Of a stretch of 64,000 bases of DNA, positions 49,361-58,814 are shown piece by piece. The position numbers were made by a program, and so were the translations under genes. The DNA comes from Oscillospiraceae bacterium (GTDB taxonomy: Bacteria > Bacillota > Clostridia > Oscillospirales > UBA929). The stretch spans positions 76,796-140,795 of the forward strand of contig JAVBTN010000002.1 of the NCBI GenBank assembly GCA_031556185.1, given 5' to 3'. A model generated the notes under the pieces. The model made no database searches and was not told where the DNA came from. It saw nothing but the letters and a program-made list of their open reading frames with translations. The stretch's first letter is position 1, and every line of letters begins with the position of its first letter.

Positions 49361-49810
49361 ATGATTCGAGATTTCATCGCTTCGGATTGGAGCGACTACT
49401 TGTCCATGTCCCGGCTGTTTTACGCCTCCGACGCCGTCTCTCATCCCGTGGCGGAAAGCCACTTGCGCACCACATTTGACTTGGCGCTGCAAGGAAGCCC
49501 CTTTGTGCGCGGTCTGATGCTGACGCAGGGTGACGAGGCCATCGGCTATGGGCTGCTCTCCTTTACGTATTCCAACGAGGCCGGCGGCCTTGTCGTGTGG
49601 ATGGAAGAGCTGTATATCGCCTTGGAGCGGCGCGGGCAGGGCTGGGGAAAGCAGTTTTTTGCCTTTGTGCATGAGGAATACCGCGGCTGCGCGCGCCGCT
49701 TTCGCTTGGAAGTGACCGCTGTCAACACCCGCGCCATAGCGCTTTACCGTTCGCTCGGTTACGGCGATGTTCCGTATCTCTTAATGGGGCGCGAAGAAGT
49801 GTCACCATAA
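49361..49810 (+). CDS. GNAT-family N-acetyltransferase
   Basis: About 150 aa. Acetyl-CoA loop LERRGQGWGKQFF and C-terminal NTRAIALYRSLGY. GGAGAG upstream of the ATG at 49361. Confidence 0.8.
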   Translation: MIRDFIASDWSDYLSMSRLFYASDAVSHPVAESHLRTTFDLALQGSPFVRGLMLTQGDEAIGYGLLSFTYSNEAGGLVVWMEELYIALERRGQGWGKQFFAFVHEEYRGCARRFRLEVTAVNTRAIALYRSLGYGDVPYLLMGREEVSP

Positions 49811-49979
49811 AAAGACGGCCGCCCTATTGGGCGGCCAAGCGGGTTATGGGATAAAGATAGGCGGCTTGGAATGGATCGAAACGTGTGACATATCATGTCC
49901 ACAATGAGTCTAACACAGTTTCCTATATTTGTAAATACCTTTTTTTGGGATTTCAAAAAACATTTTTAGGAGGGGCGCT

Positions 49980-50885
49980 ATGACCGATATACTCGTTGTG
50001 GGTGGAGGGCCTGCCGGGCTCACAGCCGCCATTTACGCGTCGCGTGCAGGCTTGTCAGTCACCGTGCTGGAGCGTTTTTTTGCCGGTGGGCAGATGACCT
50101 CCACAGCCGACATCGTCAACTACCCCGGGTTCGAGACGATCACCGGCCCGGATCTTTCCATGCGCATGGAGGCCCATGCCCGCAAGTTGGGAGCTCACTT
50201 TGTCCAGCGGGAGGTGACCTCGATTCAGTTAACGCCGGGGGCGCTGTCGTTGACGACTTCCAAAGAAACCCTGGAGGCAAGAGCCATGATTCTGGCCATG
50301 GGCGCCCATCGCAGGCGCCTGAACATTCCGGGGGAAGACACATTCGCCGGGCGCGGTGTCTCCTATTGCGCCGTCTGTGACGGCGGCTTTTTTCAGGGAC
50401 GTGACGTGGCCGTGGTGGGCGGAGGCAATACGGCGCTGGAGGACGCGCTCTATCTGTCCGGCGTGTGCCGTCATGTCACATTGATCCACCGGCGCGATAC
50501 ATTTCGAGGAGGGCTTCAACTGCAGAAGGCGCTCGCGGCGGCCCCCAATGTGACGCAGCTGCTCGAAGCGATTCCCGAGTCGATTGAGGGCGCGCGCGGC
50601 GTGGAGCGGCTGTTGGTCAAGCATGTCAGTACCGGTGAGCGCAGCGCGCTGACGGTATCTGCCGTGTTTGTGGCTGTGGGCACCGTTCCCGAAAGCGATC
50701 TTCTGCACGGGCAGATACCGCTCGACGGTGAGGGCCGTGTCGTGGCCGGGGAAGACGGGCGCACCGACATTGGCGGTGTTTTCGTGGCCGGCGATCTGCG
50801 AAAGAAGTCCCTCTATCAGATTGTCACCGCCTGCGCAGACGGCGCTTTGGCGGCCACAGCGGCGGCCAACTTCTTGTACGAATAA
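49980..50885 (+). CDS. trxB: Thioredoxin-disulfide reductase
   Basis: VVGGGPAGLTAAIYASRAG, redox-active CAVCDG, and second Rossmann motif VVGGGNTALEDALYL. AGGAGG RBS. Confidence 0.93.
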   Translation: MTDILVVGGGPAGLTAAIYASRAGLSVTVLERFFAGGQMTSTADIVNYPGFETITGPDLSMRMEAHARKLGAHFVQREVTSIQLTPGALSLTTSKETLEARAMILAMGAHRRRLNIPGEDTFAGRGVSYCAVCDGGFFQGRDVAVVGGGNTALEDALYLSGVCRHVTLIHRRDTFRGGLQLQKALAAAPNVTQLLEAIPESIEGARGVERLLVKHVSTGERSALTVSAVFVAVGTVPESDLLHGQIPLDGEGRVVAGEDGRTDIGGVFVAGDLRKKSLYQIVTACADGALAATAAANFLYE

Positions 50886-50966
50886 CGGCAATCAATTGGA
50901 AGAGAATTATTTTCCCGTTTTCGAGAACTGACAAATTATCGTGATACGCCATAGGGAGGCGATACC

Positions 50967-52118
50967 ATGCTCATATACAATGCCACGCTGCACACCATGG
51001 ACGGCACCGTGATTGACGGCGGTTGGGTGCAAACGGCCGATTCTGTTATCCGCGCACTGGGGGATCCCGCGTCCTGCCCGGCGCCCGGGCCGGGCGACCT
51101 CAACGCTGACGGGCGTCATGTGACCCCCGGCTTTATCGACGCCCACTGCCACATTGGGGTCTTTGAAGACACGATCGGTGAGATGGGGGAAGACGGAAAC
51201 GAGACCTCCGACCCCATCACCCCCCACTTGCGCGGGTTGGACGCCATCAATCCCATGGACCGGTGCTTCGCCGACGCGCTGCGCGCCGGCGTAACCACCG
51301 CGCTCACGGGTCCCGGCAGCGCTAACCCCATTGGCGGGCAATTTGTGGCGATGAAGACGGCCGGACGACGCGTGGACGATATGCTTCTGCGCGCGCCGGT
51401 GGCCATGAAGTTTGCCATGGGCGAAAATCCCAAGCGCATTTACGGCGAAAAGAAGGCCGCGCCCTATACGCGCATGGGCACGGCGGCGCTCATTCGCGAG
51501 GCGCTGTTTCAAACCCGGCAGTATATGGAAAAAAAAGCGATCGCCGCGCAGGGGGCCTGCGAGCCGCCTGCCTTTCACTTCAAGTGGGAGAGTTTGGCGC
51601 CCGTGCTTGACGGTTCGCTGCCAGCACATTTTCATGCGCACCGCGCCGACGATATTTTTACGGCCATGCGCATCGCCCGTGAATTTGGTCTGCGTTTTGT
51701 TATCGTGCATGGCACCGACGCGGCCTGCATTGCCGACGTGCTGGCGTTAGAGCAGGTGCCGGTCATCGCCGGCCCTTCGCTGTCGGATCGCAGCAAGCCG
51801 GAACTTAAAAGCCTGTCATTTGCGTTGCCCTGCGCGCTTCATGCCGCGGGTGTCCCGACGGCCATCTGTACCGACGCACCGGTTACCCCGCTGGAATACT
51901 TGCCGCTATGCGCCGGTCTGGCGTCCAAAGCAGGCCTGTCCGCCGAGGAGGCCCTGCTCTCGGTCACATCGCGCGCTGCGCGCATTGTCGGGCTCGGCGA
52001 CCGTGTTGGCGCGTTGCGGCCGGGGCTGGATGCCGATATCGTGGTATGGGGCGGACATCCACTCTTGCTGCCGTCCAAGCCGGACAGTGTCATCGTGTCC
52101 GGACACATAGTGGCATAG
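50967..52118 (+). CDS. Amidohydrolase-family metallohydrolase
   Basis: GRHVTPGFIDAHCHIG (HxH metal motif), HAHR, and CTDAP near the C-terminus. GGGAGG RBS. Confidence 0.85.
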   Translation: MLIYNATLHTMDGTVIDGGWVQTADSVIRALGDPASCPAPGPGDLNADGRHVTPGFIDAHCHIGVFEDTIGEMGEDGNETSDPITPHLRGLDAINPMDRCFADALRAGVTTALTGPGSANPIGGQFVAMKTAGRRVDDMLLRAPVAMKFAMGENPKRIYGEKKAAPYTRMGTAALIREALFQTRQYMEKKAIAAQGACEPPAFHFKWESLAPVLDGSLPAHFHAHRADDIFTAMRIAREFGLRFVIVHGTDAACIADVLALEQVPVIAGPSLSDRSKPELKSLSFALPCALHAAGVPTAICTDAPVTPLEYLPLCAGLASKAGLSAEEALLSVTSRAARIVGLGDRVGALRPGLDADIVVWGGHPLLLPSKPDSVIVSGHIVA

Positions 52119-52155
52119 TTCACCAGCATACCGATCCACCGGAAAGGGCGTATGC

Positions 52156-52647
52156 ATGATGCCTATAGTCTCCCATCCGTTTCCCCCATTTGTGCCGCCA
52201 AACGCTCGTGTGCTCATTTTGGGCACGATGCCCTCCGAGGCCTCGCGAAGTGTTGGCTTCTATTACGGTCACGCGCGCAACCGATTTTGGCCTGTTTTGG
52301 CTTCTCTGTTTGAGACGCCCGTCCCGCAGGACAGGGCCAAAAAGTGTGCGTTGCTGTCTTTGGGCGGTCTGGCCCTCTGGGACGTACTGAGCGGTTGTGA
52401 CATCGTCGCCTCCGCCGACGCCAGCATCCGCGCGCCCGCCGCCAACGATCTGACCCCGATACTGGCCGATTACCCCCATTTGCGCCTGTATGCCAACGGC
52501 CAAATCGCCGCCAGACTCTACCGTGCATTGTGTCAGCCGCAGACCGGCAGACCCATTGTCCCACTGCCCTCCACCAGCCCCGCCAACGCCGCCTGGTCAT
52601 TGGGCATGCTGCAAAAAGAGTGGTCCGCCATACGAGAAAATGATTGA
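52156..52647 (+). CDS. DNA-deoxyinosine (hypoxanthine) glycosylase, UDG superfamily
   Basis: ILILGTMPSEASRSVGFYYGHARNRFWPVLA and LPSTSPANA match the UDG family-6-like pattern, recalled from memory. 163 aa. Confidence 0.7.
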   Translation: MMPIVSHPFPPFVPPNARVLILGTMPSEASRSVGFYYGHARNRFWPVLASLFETPVPQDRAKKCALLSLGGLALWDVLSGCDIVASADASIRAPAANDLTPILADYPHLRLYANGQIAARLYRALCQPQTGRPIVPLPSTSPANAAWSLGMLQKEWSAIREND

Positions 52648-52793
52648 CATTGGTGCACGCGTCCCTTATAATCCTCCACAATACCCTCTTGGGGGTATAT
52701 AAAAAAAGACCGCCGCAAAAGCTATCATCGGGAACACACTGCCCTCGCCCGATGCTTTTGTCGGCGGGATGGACAAAGAGAGGATGCGTTACC

Positions 52794-53387
52794 ATGTCTA
52801 CCCCAACCACGCGTGAGTGGGCCAACCCAACCCCCGCAGGGCTGATTGCCCTTGCTGTCGCCTGTTTCTGCTTTTTTGCCATGCTAAACGGGCAAGTCAC
52901 CGCTGAGGCGTCCCTGCTGATGGGCCTGTGGCTGCTGGGCGGCTTTCTGGTGCAGTTTGTCGTTGCGCTCTGTGATCTAAAGGCCGGCAATTTGAGCGGG
53001 GGCAATGTCTTTTTGTATTTTTCCGCCTACTTCATGTTTGTCACCGGCGCCGAGTTCATTCTCAAGTATGTCTGCTCTCTCAAGGGCATCGCGCTGGACG
53101 GCCGCATTGACGGGTGGGCCTGGCTGGTGCTTACGCTGGTGACGCTCCTCTATACGCCCGCCTTTTTCAAGGCCAGCAAGTGCCTTTTGTATATCGTTTT
53201 GCTGCTGGACATTGCGCTGCCTTTCATCACGCTGCGTGATTTTGGTCTTGTCAACCTGACCGTCATCTCCGCATGGGCGCTTTTGGGCGCCGGCATCGTG
53301 GGCCTCTATCTGTCGGGCGCGCTGGTGCTCAACGGCACCTTTGGCAAGACAGTGCTACCCATCGGAAAGCCGATCATACGCAACTAG
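52794..53387 (+). CDS. GPR1/FUN34/YaaH (SatP-like) acetate/succinate channel family membrane protein
   Basis: N-terminal ANPTPAGLIALAVACF resembles the NP(A/V)P(L/F)GL family signature. Six TM helices, about 197 aa. GAGAGGA RBS before the ATG at 52794. Confidence 0.65.
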   Translation: MSTPTTREWANPTPAGLIALAVACFCFFAMLNGQVTAEASLLMGLWLLGGFLVQFVVALCDLKAGNLSGGNVFLYFSAYFMFVTGAEFILKYVCSLKGIALDGRIDGWAWLVLTLVTLLYTPAFFKASKCLLYIVLLLDIALPFITLRDFGLVNLTVISAWALLGAGIVGLYLSGALVLNGTFGKTVLPIGKPIIRN

Positions 53388-53490
53388 CGGAAAACAGCCG
53401 AAGCAAATGAAGTTGTTTCGGCTGTTTTTTGACAAGACATCCCTTTTGCGGTATGATACAACTATCTGGACGAACGGGGGAGATATATGT

Positions 53491-53940
53491 ATGCGCATCG
53501 CAATGGGAAGTGATCACGCCGCCAGCGATTTCAAGCGCGCGCTGATGGCGCATGTGACGCAACTGGGACATGAATCCGTTGATTTCGGCGCGGACGACCA
53601 GGAAAAAAGCACTGATTATCCGCTCGTCGCCGAAAAAACGGCGGCCGCAGTGGCCGTCGGGGATTGTGACTTGGGCCTTCTGTGCTGCGGCACGGGGATC
53701 GGCATGATGCTGGCCGCCAACAAAGTACACGGCATCCGCTGTGCTGTCTGTGCCGACTGCTATTCGGCCGGCATGTCACGCAGACACAATGACGCAAACA
53801 TGATGGCGCTGGGCGCCCGTGTGCTCGGCATCGAGTTGGCTAAGCTGCTGGTGGAGACCTTTTTGGCATCTTCCTTTGAAGGCGGCCGCCATGCGCGTCG
53901 TGTCGACCTCATTATGGACATTGAGAAACGCCAACGATAA
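53491..53940 (+). CDS. rpiB: Ribose-5-phosphate isomerase B
   Basis: MRIAMGSDHAASDFK..LLCCGTGIGMMLAANKVHGIRCA..RRHNDANMMALGARV are typical RpiB/LacAB motifs. Confidence 0.9.
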   Translation: MRIAMGSDHAASDFKRALMAHVTQLGHESVDFGADDQEKSTDYPLVAEKTAAAVAVGDCDLGLLCCGTGIGMMLAANKVHGIRCAVCADCYSAGMSRRHNDANMMALGARVLGIELAKLLVETFLASSFEGGRHARRVDLIMDIEKRQR

Positions 53941-53943
53941 AGG

Positions 53944-54795
53944 GTGAATCTTTTGAACAAATTTGATCGTTTCTGTTATAAGTACGACCGTTTCGGCATC
54001 AAAAACTTGATTCCCATCGTGGCCGCCGGTCAGGCACTGATGGGCATCATCTGTCTTGTCATCGGCTTTTCTTCGGCGGAGAGCATGGGAAGGCTGATTG
54101 AAAACATGGTTTTTCTGCCATCAGCCTTTTTGGCCGGCCAGTATTGGCGGATCATCACCTTTCTCTTTGTTCCGGTCACCATGAATCTGCTTTTTATCGC
54201 GTTGTCGGTGCTCTACTACTTCTTTTTAGGCCGTTCGCTGGAGGCGGAGTGGGGGCGGATGAAGCTGACAATTTACTATTTGTCAGGCGTGCTGTGCACA
54301 CTCCTGTTTTCACTGATTACGAACACCCTGGCGACAACCACCTATCTCAATCTTTCGCTGATCTTTGCTCTGGCAACGCTGATGCCGGACATGCAAATCC
54401 GCATCTACTTTCTCATTCCCATCAAACTTAAGTATATCGCGCTGATTCAGGCCGCTATTTTTATTGTCATCCCGCTGTTTCAGATGCCGGTCAGTCTGGC
54501 CAATTTGTACCCGCTTGTCTCTATTCTCAACTATTTGATTTTTTTCTGGAAGCCGCTGTTGGGGATGGTGCGCCATCAAAAACGGCAGGGCCAAACAAAC
54601 CGCCGAGCCGTCGATTTCAAGTCTGAAGTGCGGCGCGCCAAAGAAGAGCGCGGTTACATCCACAAATGTGAGGTGTGCAGCCGCACCGACACGGATCGGC
54701 CGGACATGGAGTTCCGCTACTGTTCGCTTTGCGCCGGGTATGCCTGCTACTGCGCCGACCACATTTTCAACCACACCCACAAAACCGTGCAGTGA
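53944..54795 (+). CDS. Polytopic membrane protein (rhomboid-like topology) with C-terminal Cys-rich zinc-ribbon-like tail
   Basis: Six to seven TM helices, including a GRSLEAEWGRMKLTIYYLSGVL segment. The tail is CEVCSRTDTDRPDMEFRYCSLCAGYACYCADH. GTG start 3 nt after rpiB. Confidence 0.7.
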   Translation: MNLLNKFDRFCYKYDRFGIKNLIPIVAAGQALMGIICLVIGFSSAESMGRLIENMVFLPSAFLAGQYWRIITFLFVPVTMNLLFIALSVLYYFFLGRSLEAEWGRMKLTIYYLSGVLCTLLFSLITNTLATTTYLNLSLIFALATLMPDMQIRIYFLIPIKLKYIALIQAAIFIVIPLFQMPVSLANLYPLVSILNYLIFFWKPLLGMVRHQKRQGQTNRRAVDFKSEVRRAKEERGYIHKCEVCSRTDTDRPDMEFRYCSLCAGYACYCADHIFNHTHKTVQ

Positions 54796-54887
54796 CATAA
54801 CGACTGCATATGTTTCTCTTGACATGACGACTTTTTTCGGTATAATAATATTGTTGCCTATCGGGCGGCACCGGATATTGTCTGTTT

Positions 54888-54961
54888 TGCGGGATAGTGT
54901 AACGGTAGCACTGCAGACTCTGACTCTGTTTGTGAGGGTTCGAATCCTTCTCCCGCAGCCA
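54888..54961 (+). tRNA. tRNA-Gln (CTG)
   Basis: TGCGGGATAGTGTAACGGTAGCACTGCAGACTCTGACTCTGT..GGTTCGAATCCTTCTCCCGCAGCCA. It has the U1:A72 pair and G73 typical of tRNA-Gln, with anticodon loop CTCTGAC. Confidence 0.9.
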
Positions 54962-54962
54962 T

Positions 54963-55002
54963 GCAAAAAGCCTTGTAACAGTTTTGTTACAAGGCTTTTT
55001 GC
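54963..55002. terminator. Bidirectional rho-independent terminator
   Basis: Perfect palindrome GCAAAAAGCCTTGTAAC-AGTTTT-GTTACAAGGCTTTTTGC, with an A-run and a T-run on either side. Confidence 0.75.
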
Positions 55003-55085
55003 ATGGCTGTTTTCAAAAAATGCTGCAACGCTTCAAACACAACATCAGGTGGCAACGGCTTGCGCGTGTTGTGCAAAAAGAGCGA

Positions 55086-55487
55086 CTATGCGTTGTCTGT
55101 CCCGGGCGCGGCCCTCTCCGCATCGGTAACAATTTCCAACTCCCGCAGTTTGACCGAGTTTTTGTATACCTTGATCATATGCAGGACGTCCGGCGCGAGC
55201 GGCCCGAACACAAACTGCCCTTCATCGTCGGTAAACAACTGCCCAACCAATGTCTGGCGTCCCCTTTCAGGCACTTCAAACAACATCACCAGCGCGCTTT
55301 CCAGAGGATGACCGGAGGGATCCTTGACAAGGCCATGTATAGCCGATCGACTGTCCGGTTTGAGCCGAACGGTTGTCTCCACCCGTTCGTTCTCGCCGGG
55401 TCTAAAGTAAAACTTGGAAAACGCACTCACGGCATACACTCCCCATTTGTTGAAAGACGGCACAAACGTTGTTGCACTTCTCTCCAT
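55086..55487 (-). CDS. Hypothetical protein with carboxypeptidase-regulatory-like (prealbumin-fold) domain
   Basis: IHGLVKDPSGHPLESALVMLF...TDDEGQFVFGPLAPDVLHMIKVY matches the G.V.D..G.P...A.V.L...TD..G.F.F..L..G.Y pattern. The start is placed at the internal ATG 55487, because the longer ORF would run through the proS promoter. No signal peptide. Confidence 0.55.
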   Translation of the reverse strand: MERSATTFVPSFNKWGVYAVSAFSKFYFRPGENERVETTVRLKPDSRSAIHGLVKDPSGHPLESALVMLFEVPERGRQTLVGQLFTDDEGQFVFGPLAPDVLHMIKVYKNSVKLRELEIVTDAERAAPGTDNA

Positions 55488-55512
55488 TGTATGCGCGCCC
55501 GGTGCGCCGTGC

Positions 55513-55541
55513 TTGACATTTCCCCGCTCAATGCGTACAAT
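55513..55541 (+). promoter_or_regulatory. Sigma-A promoter of proS-nagB
   Basis: Consensus TTGACA (55513..55518), 17-nt spacer, TACAAT (55536..55541). About 110-nt leader. Confidence 0.65.
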
Positions 55542-55651
55542 ATTTTTATTCTTTCCTCTGTGGCACACTGTTTTTGCGCGGTGCCGGCAGTCGTCCTCGT
55601 CAGAGTTTTTGTTGTTTTTGCGCAGTTTTGCGCTGAGAGAGGGAGTCAATT

Positions 55652-57085
55652 ATGGCCGCCGAGAAAAAGGTGGAACAGATTACCGCCAGAGATGTCGACT
55701 TTGCCCAATGGTACACCGATGTCGTCAAGAAAGCCGAACTGATCGATTATTCCAGCGTGAAGGGCTGTGTCGTCCTGCGTCCCTATGCGCAGGCGATCTG
55801 GGAAAACATTCAACACATTATGGACGGCATGTTCAAAGACACCGGACATGAGAACGTGGCCATGCCAATGTTCATCCCGGAGTCCCTGCTGCAAAAGGAA
55901 AAGGACCATGTGGACGGTTTTGCGCCCGAAGTGGCCTGGGTGACACATGGCGGCAACGAGTCGCTAACCGAGAGACTTTGCATCCGCCCCACCTCCGAGG
56001 TTCTTTTTTGCGATCATTACGCGCACATCATACAGTCCTGGCGTGATTTGCCCAAGTTGTACAACCAATGGTGCAGTGTGGTTCGCTGGGAAAAGACCAC
56101 CCGCCCCTTCCTGCGCAGCCGCGAGTTTTGGTGGCAGGAGGGCCACACCATTCACGCCACGGCGGAGGAGGCCCAGGAAGAGACTCTGCGCATGCTGGAG
56201 ATTTACAGCACATTTGCGGAGGAGTATCTGGCGCTTTCATTGGTCAAGGGACTGAAAACCGAGAGCGAAAAATTTGCCGGTGCGGTGAACACATACACCA
56301 TCGAATGCATGATGCATGACGGCAAAGCGCTCCAGTCTGGCACATCTCACTTTTTTGGCGACGGGTTTGCACGTGCGTTTGACATCCAGTTTTCCGACAA
56401 GGACAACACACTGCAATATCCTTTCCAGACATCGTGGGGCGTCTCCACTCGTCTCATTGGCGGCCTGATTATGACGCACGGCGACGACAATGGCCTTGTC
56501 ATACCCCCGCGCGTAGCGCCTACGCAGGTTGTCGTGATTCCCATTGCCATGCACAAGCCGGGCGTTGTTGAGGCCGCACAGGCGCTCACAGCCACGCTGA
56601 AGGCGCGCGGGATTCGCGTCAAGCTGGACGAAAGCACGCAGAGTCCAGGCTGGAAGTTTGCCGAGCACGAAATGAAGGGCATTCCGCTGCGTGTTGAGCT
56701 GGGCCCGCGCGACATTGAACAACATCAATGTGTACTGGCGCGGCGTGACACCGGCGACAAGGCTACCGTCTCTTTGGATGGCCTGGCCGAGACCGTGGCC
56801 GACATCCTCGAAAACATTCAGTGGACTTTGCGTAAAAATGCGATGGCCAATTTGGAAGCGCACACCTGTGTGGCCACGTCTCTGGCGGAAATGACTGATT
56901 TGTCAAAAAAGGGCGGTTTTGTCAAAACAATGTGGTGTGGCAGCGCCAGCTGTGAAGAAAAAGTAAAAGAAGTCACCGGTATGAAGTCGCGTTGCATCCC
57001 CTTTGAACAGGAGCGTTTGGCGGATACCTGCGTATGTTGCGGCAAGCCCGCGAATACAATGCTCTATTGGGGGTTCCAGTATTGA
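55652..57085 (+). CDS. proS: Proline--tRNA ligase (archaeal/eukaryote-like type, no INS editing domain)
   Basis: [29 protein letters not shown], class II motifs, a C-terminal Cys-containing domain ([20 protein letters not shown]), and the terminal YWGFQY. 477 aa. Confidence 0.95.
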   Translation: MAAEKKVEQITARDVDFAQWYTDVVKKAELIDYSSVKGCVVLRPYAQAIWENIQHIMDGMFKDTGHENVAMPMFIPESLLQKEKDHVDGFAPEVAWVTHGGNESLTERLCIRPTSEVLFCDHYAHIIQSWRDLPKLYNQWCSVVRWEKTTRPFLRSREFWWQEGHTIHATAEEAQEETLRMLEIYSTFAEEYLALSLVKGLKTESEKFAGAVNTYTIECMMHDGKALQSGTSHFFGDGFARAFDIQFSDKDNTLQYPFQTSWGVSTRLIGGLIMTHGDDNGLVIPPRVAPTQVVVIPIAMHKPGVVEAAQALTATLKARGIRVKLDESTQSPGWKFAEHEMKGIPLRVELGPRDIEQHQCVLARRDTGDKATVSLDGLAETVADILENIQWTLRKNAMANLEAHTCVATSLAEMTDLSKKGGFVKTMWCGSASCEEKVKEVTGMKSRCIPFEQERLADTCVCCGKPANTMLYWGFQY

Positions 57086-57109
57086 GTATTTACGTGAGGA
57101 GTGGTATAT

Positions 57110-57838
57110 GTGTTACAAAAAATCATATGCAAAAACTATGAAGAACTGAGCCAGATCGCCGCCTTTGTCATGGCTGGACAGATTCACGAGAAACCCAACA
57201 GTGTTCTGGGATTGGCCACAGGCGGCACGCCTGTCGGAATGTACGCCAATCTGTCGCGCATGCACCAGCGGGGTGACCTCGATTTTTCCCACGTCACCAC
57301 CTATAATTTGGACGAATACTACCCCATTCAAAAAACAAACCGGCAAAGCTATGATTTTTTCATGTGGGATAATTTGTTTTCACATGTCAACATTGATCGG
57401 AGCAATATTCACCTGCCCAACGGTGAGGCGCCCGATCCCGAGTTGGAGTGCCGGGCCTACGACGCCGCCATTCAAAACGCCGGCGGCATTGATATGCAGC
57501 TTCTTGGCATCGGCGTCAACGGACACATTGGCTTCAACGAGCCAGCCGATGAGCTCGTCTTGCCCACTCATGTGACCGGTCTGACTGAATCAACCATTGA
57601 AGCCAACGCCCGCTTCTTTGCCACTCGTGACGAAGTGCCCAAGCAAGCGCTCACCATGGGTATTGGCCCCATCATGGCCGCTAAACGCATATTGCTGATT
57701 ATCAGCGGCGAAAACAAAGCGCCCGTGGTGGCCCGGCTGTTCTCCGGCCGTGTGACCACTCAGGTGCCGGCCTCTCTGCTGATGATGCATCCCCATGTTG
57801 TGGTGGTGCTCGACCAGGCCGCCGCCGCCTCTCTGTAA
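57110..57838 (+). CDS. nagB: Glucosamine-6-phosphate deaminase
   Basis: (M)LQKIICKNYEELS..LGLATGGTPVGMY..TYNLDEYY..LLGIGVNGHIGFNEP. GTG 57110 lies 9 nt after GAGGAG. The ORF opens at 57101. Confidence 0.92.
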   Translation: MLQKIICKNYEELSQIAAFVMAGQIHEKPNSVLGLATGGTPVGMYANLSRMHQRGDLDFSHVTTYNLDEYYPIQKTNRQSYDFFMWDNLFSHVNIDRSNIHLPNGEAPDPELECRAYDAAIQNAGGIDMQLLGIGVNGHIGFNEPADELVLPTHVTGLTESTIEANARFFATRDEVPKQALTMGIGPIMAAKRILLIISGENKAPVVARLFSGRVTTQVPASLLMMHPHVVVVLDQAAAASL

Positions 57839-57848
57839 TCTGGAAACA

Positions 57849-57885
57849 CGCAAAACGCCCGCCGAATATCGGCGGGCGTTTTGCG
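57849..57885. terminator. Rho-independent terminator after nagB
   Basis: CGCAAAACGCCCGCC-GAATAT-CGGCGGGCGTTTTGCG. GC-rich stem with a T-run (plus strand) and an A-run (5' side). Confidence 0.8.
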
Positions 57886-58003
57886 TCAGCCATTGGCGTC
57901 GGCGATAACCATTGGCGTCGCCAACAACGACTTTCAGTCGACCTTTTCCTTTGTCCGTGTCCCGTCACAGCACACCAATTTCAGCGTCCCGTCACTGCGC
58001 ACT

Positions 58004-58036
58004 AAAAATCCTCCCATCGCCAAAGCGGTGGGAGGT
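58004..58036 (-). terminator. Terminator of SipW/TasA-type operon
   Basis: On the minus strand: CCTCCCA-CCGCTTTGGCGA-TGGGAGG followed by ATTTTT, about 110 nt after the last gene's stop. Confidence 0.6.
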
Positions 58037-58147
58037 ATTCATGGGACTATGCCCTAGTATCCAAGTTTTCAAGGTGGCAAGCCCGCATCACGTTAAAATT
58101 GGGGCATCACTAACTATGCCACCTTTGTGGCATCACCGGTGTCGACC

Positions 58148-58660
58148 CTATTGGTTGGGCCCGGCCTCAACATACACCTTTACCGTGGCGCACATTCCCG
58201 TGTAAGAATCATCCAACTCTTTGACATCCAGCTTGAACTCGAGCGGCAAACTCTTGCCGACCGCAAGCGGCTCACTCAAGCGGTAATGTCCGGGGCGGTC
58301 GGAAACCCATCCGCCGGAAACAAGCGCAATATCCAGGCAGCCGGTCGACAGCGCAACGTCCTGAAAGGTCTCGCTATCAACGTCATAAGCTTGCCAAACG
58401 GGAATCAACTGCGCCGTAACCTGTGCGTCAAACGATCCGACATTGGAAACGGTAATGGATGACTGATGCGTAGAAAAGGGTTCTAAGTCAACAAACTGAA
58501 CCTCTTGATGATTGATATCGCTCACTTTCAGCAATCCGATCGACACGTTCAGCGTTGTCTCGGGAAAACTCGTCACATAAGCGCTATACGTCACGCCGAC
58601 AATCAGCGCGACCATGGCGATCAGAAGAACAAAGGGGAGAAGCAATCGATACAATTTCAT
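58148..58660 (-). CDS. TasA/camelysin-like secreted protein, short paralogue (SipW-type signal peptide)
   Basis: MKLYRLLLPFVLLIAMVALIVGVTYSAYVTSFPE..SIGLLKV..ITVSNVGSFDAQV. The pattern parallels B. subtilis TasA (GGGTWAAFND..GTLDL..N.GSL). GGAGG RBS before the ATG at 58660. Confidence 0.8.
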   Translation of the reverse strand: MKLYRLLLPFVLLIAMVALIVGVTYSAYVTSFPETTLNVSIGLLKVSDINHQEVQFVDLEPFSTHQSSITVSNVGSFDAQVTAQLIPVWQAYDVDSETFQDVALSTGCLDIALVSGGWVSDRPGHYRLSEPLAVGKSLPLEFKLDVKELDDSYTGMCATVKVYVEAGPNQ

Positions 58661-58814
58661 GTCAACACGCCTCCGTCGGACGACTTCTTCTTCAAAAAGG
58701 GACATTTCCGGCGCAATACGTGTATGCAGCCCGTATTGCGCCGGAACCTATCAGGAATAGACTATAGCATTAAACGGGGGTTGTGATCGCAATATTCCTC
58801 TTGTGAAGTATGTA

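Noticed and set aside
55542-55651. T-box or other riboswitch in the proS leader (and in the thrS leader 47401..47433)
   Set aside because: The leaders are only about 110 nt and 30 nt. I see no specifier-loop or T-box (AGAGA / UGGN) architecture and no terminator/antiterminator pair.
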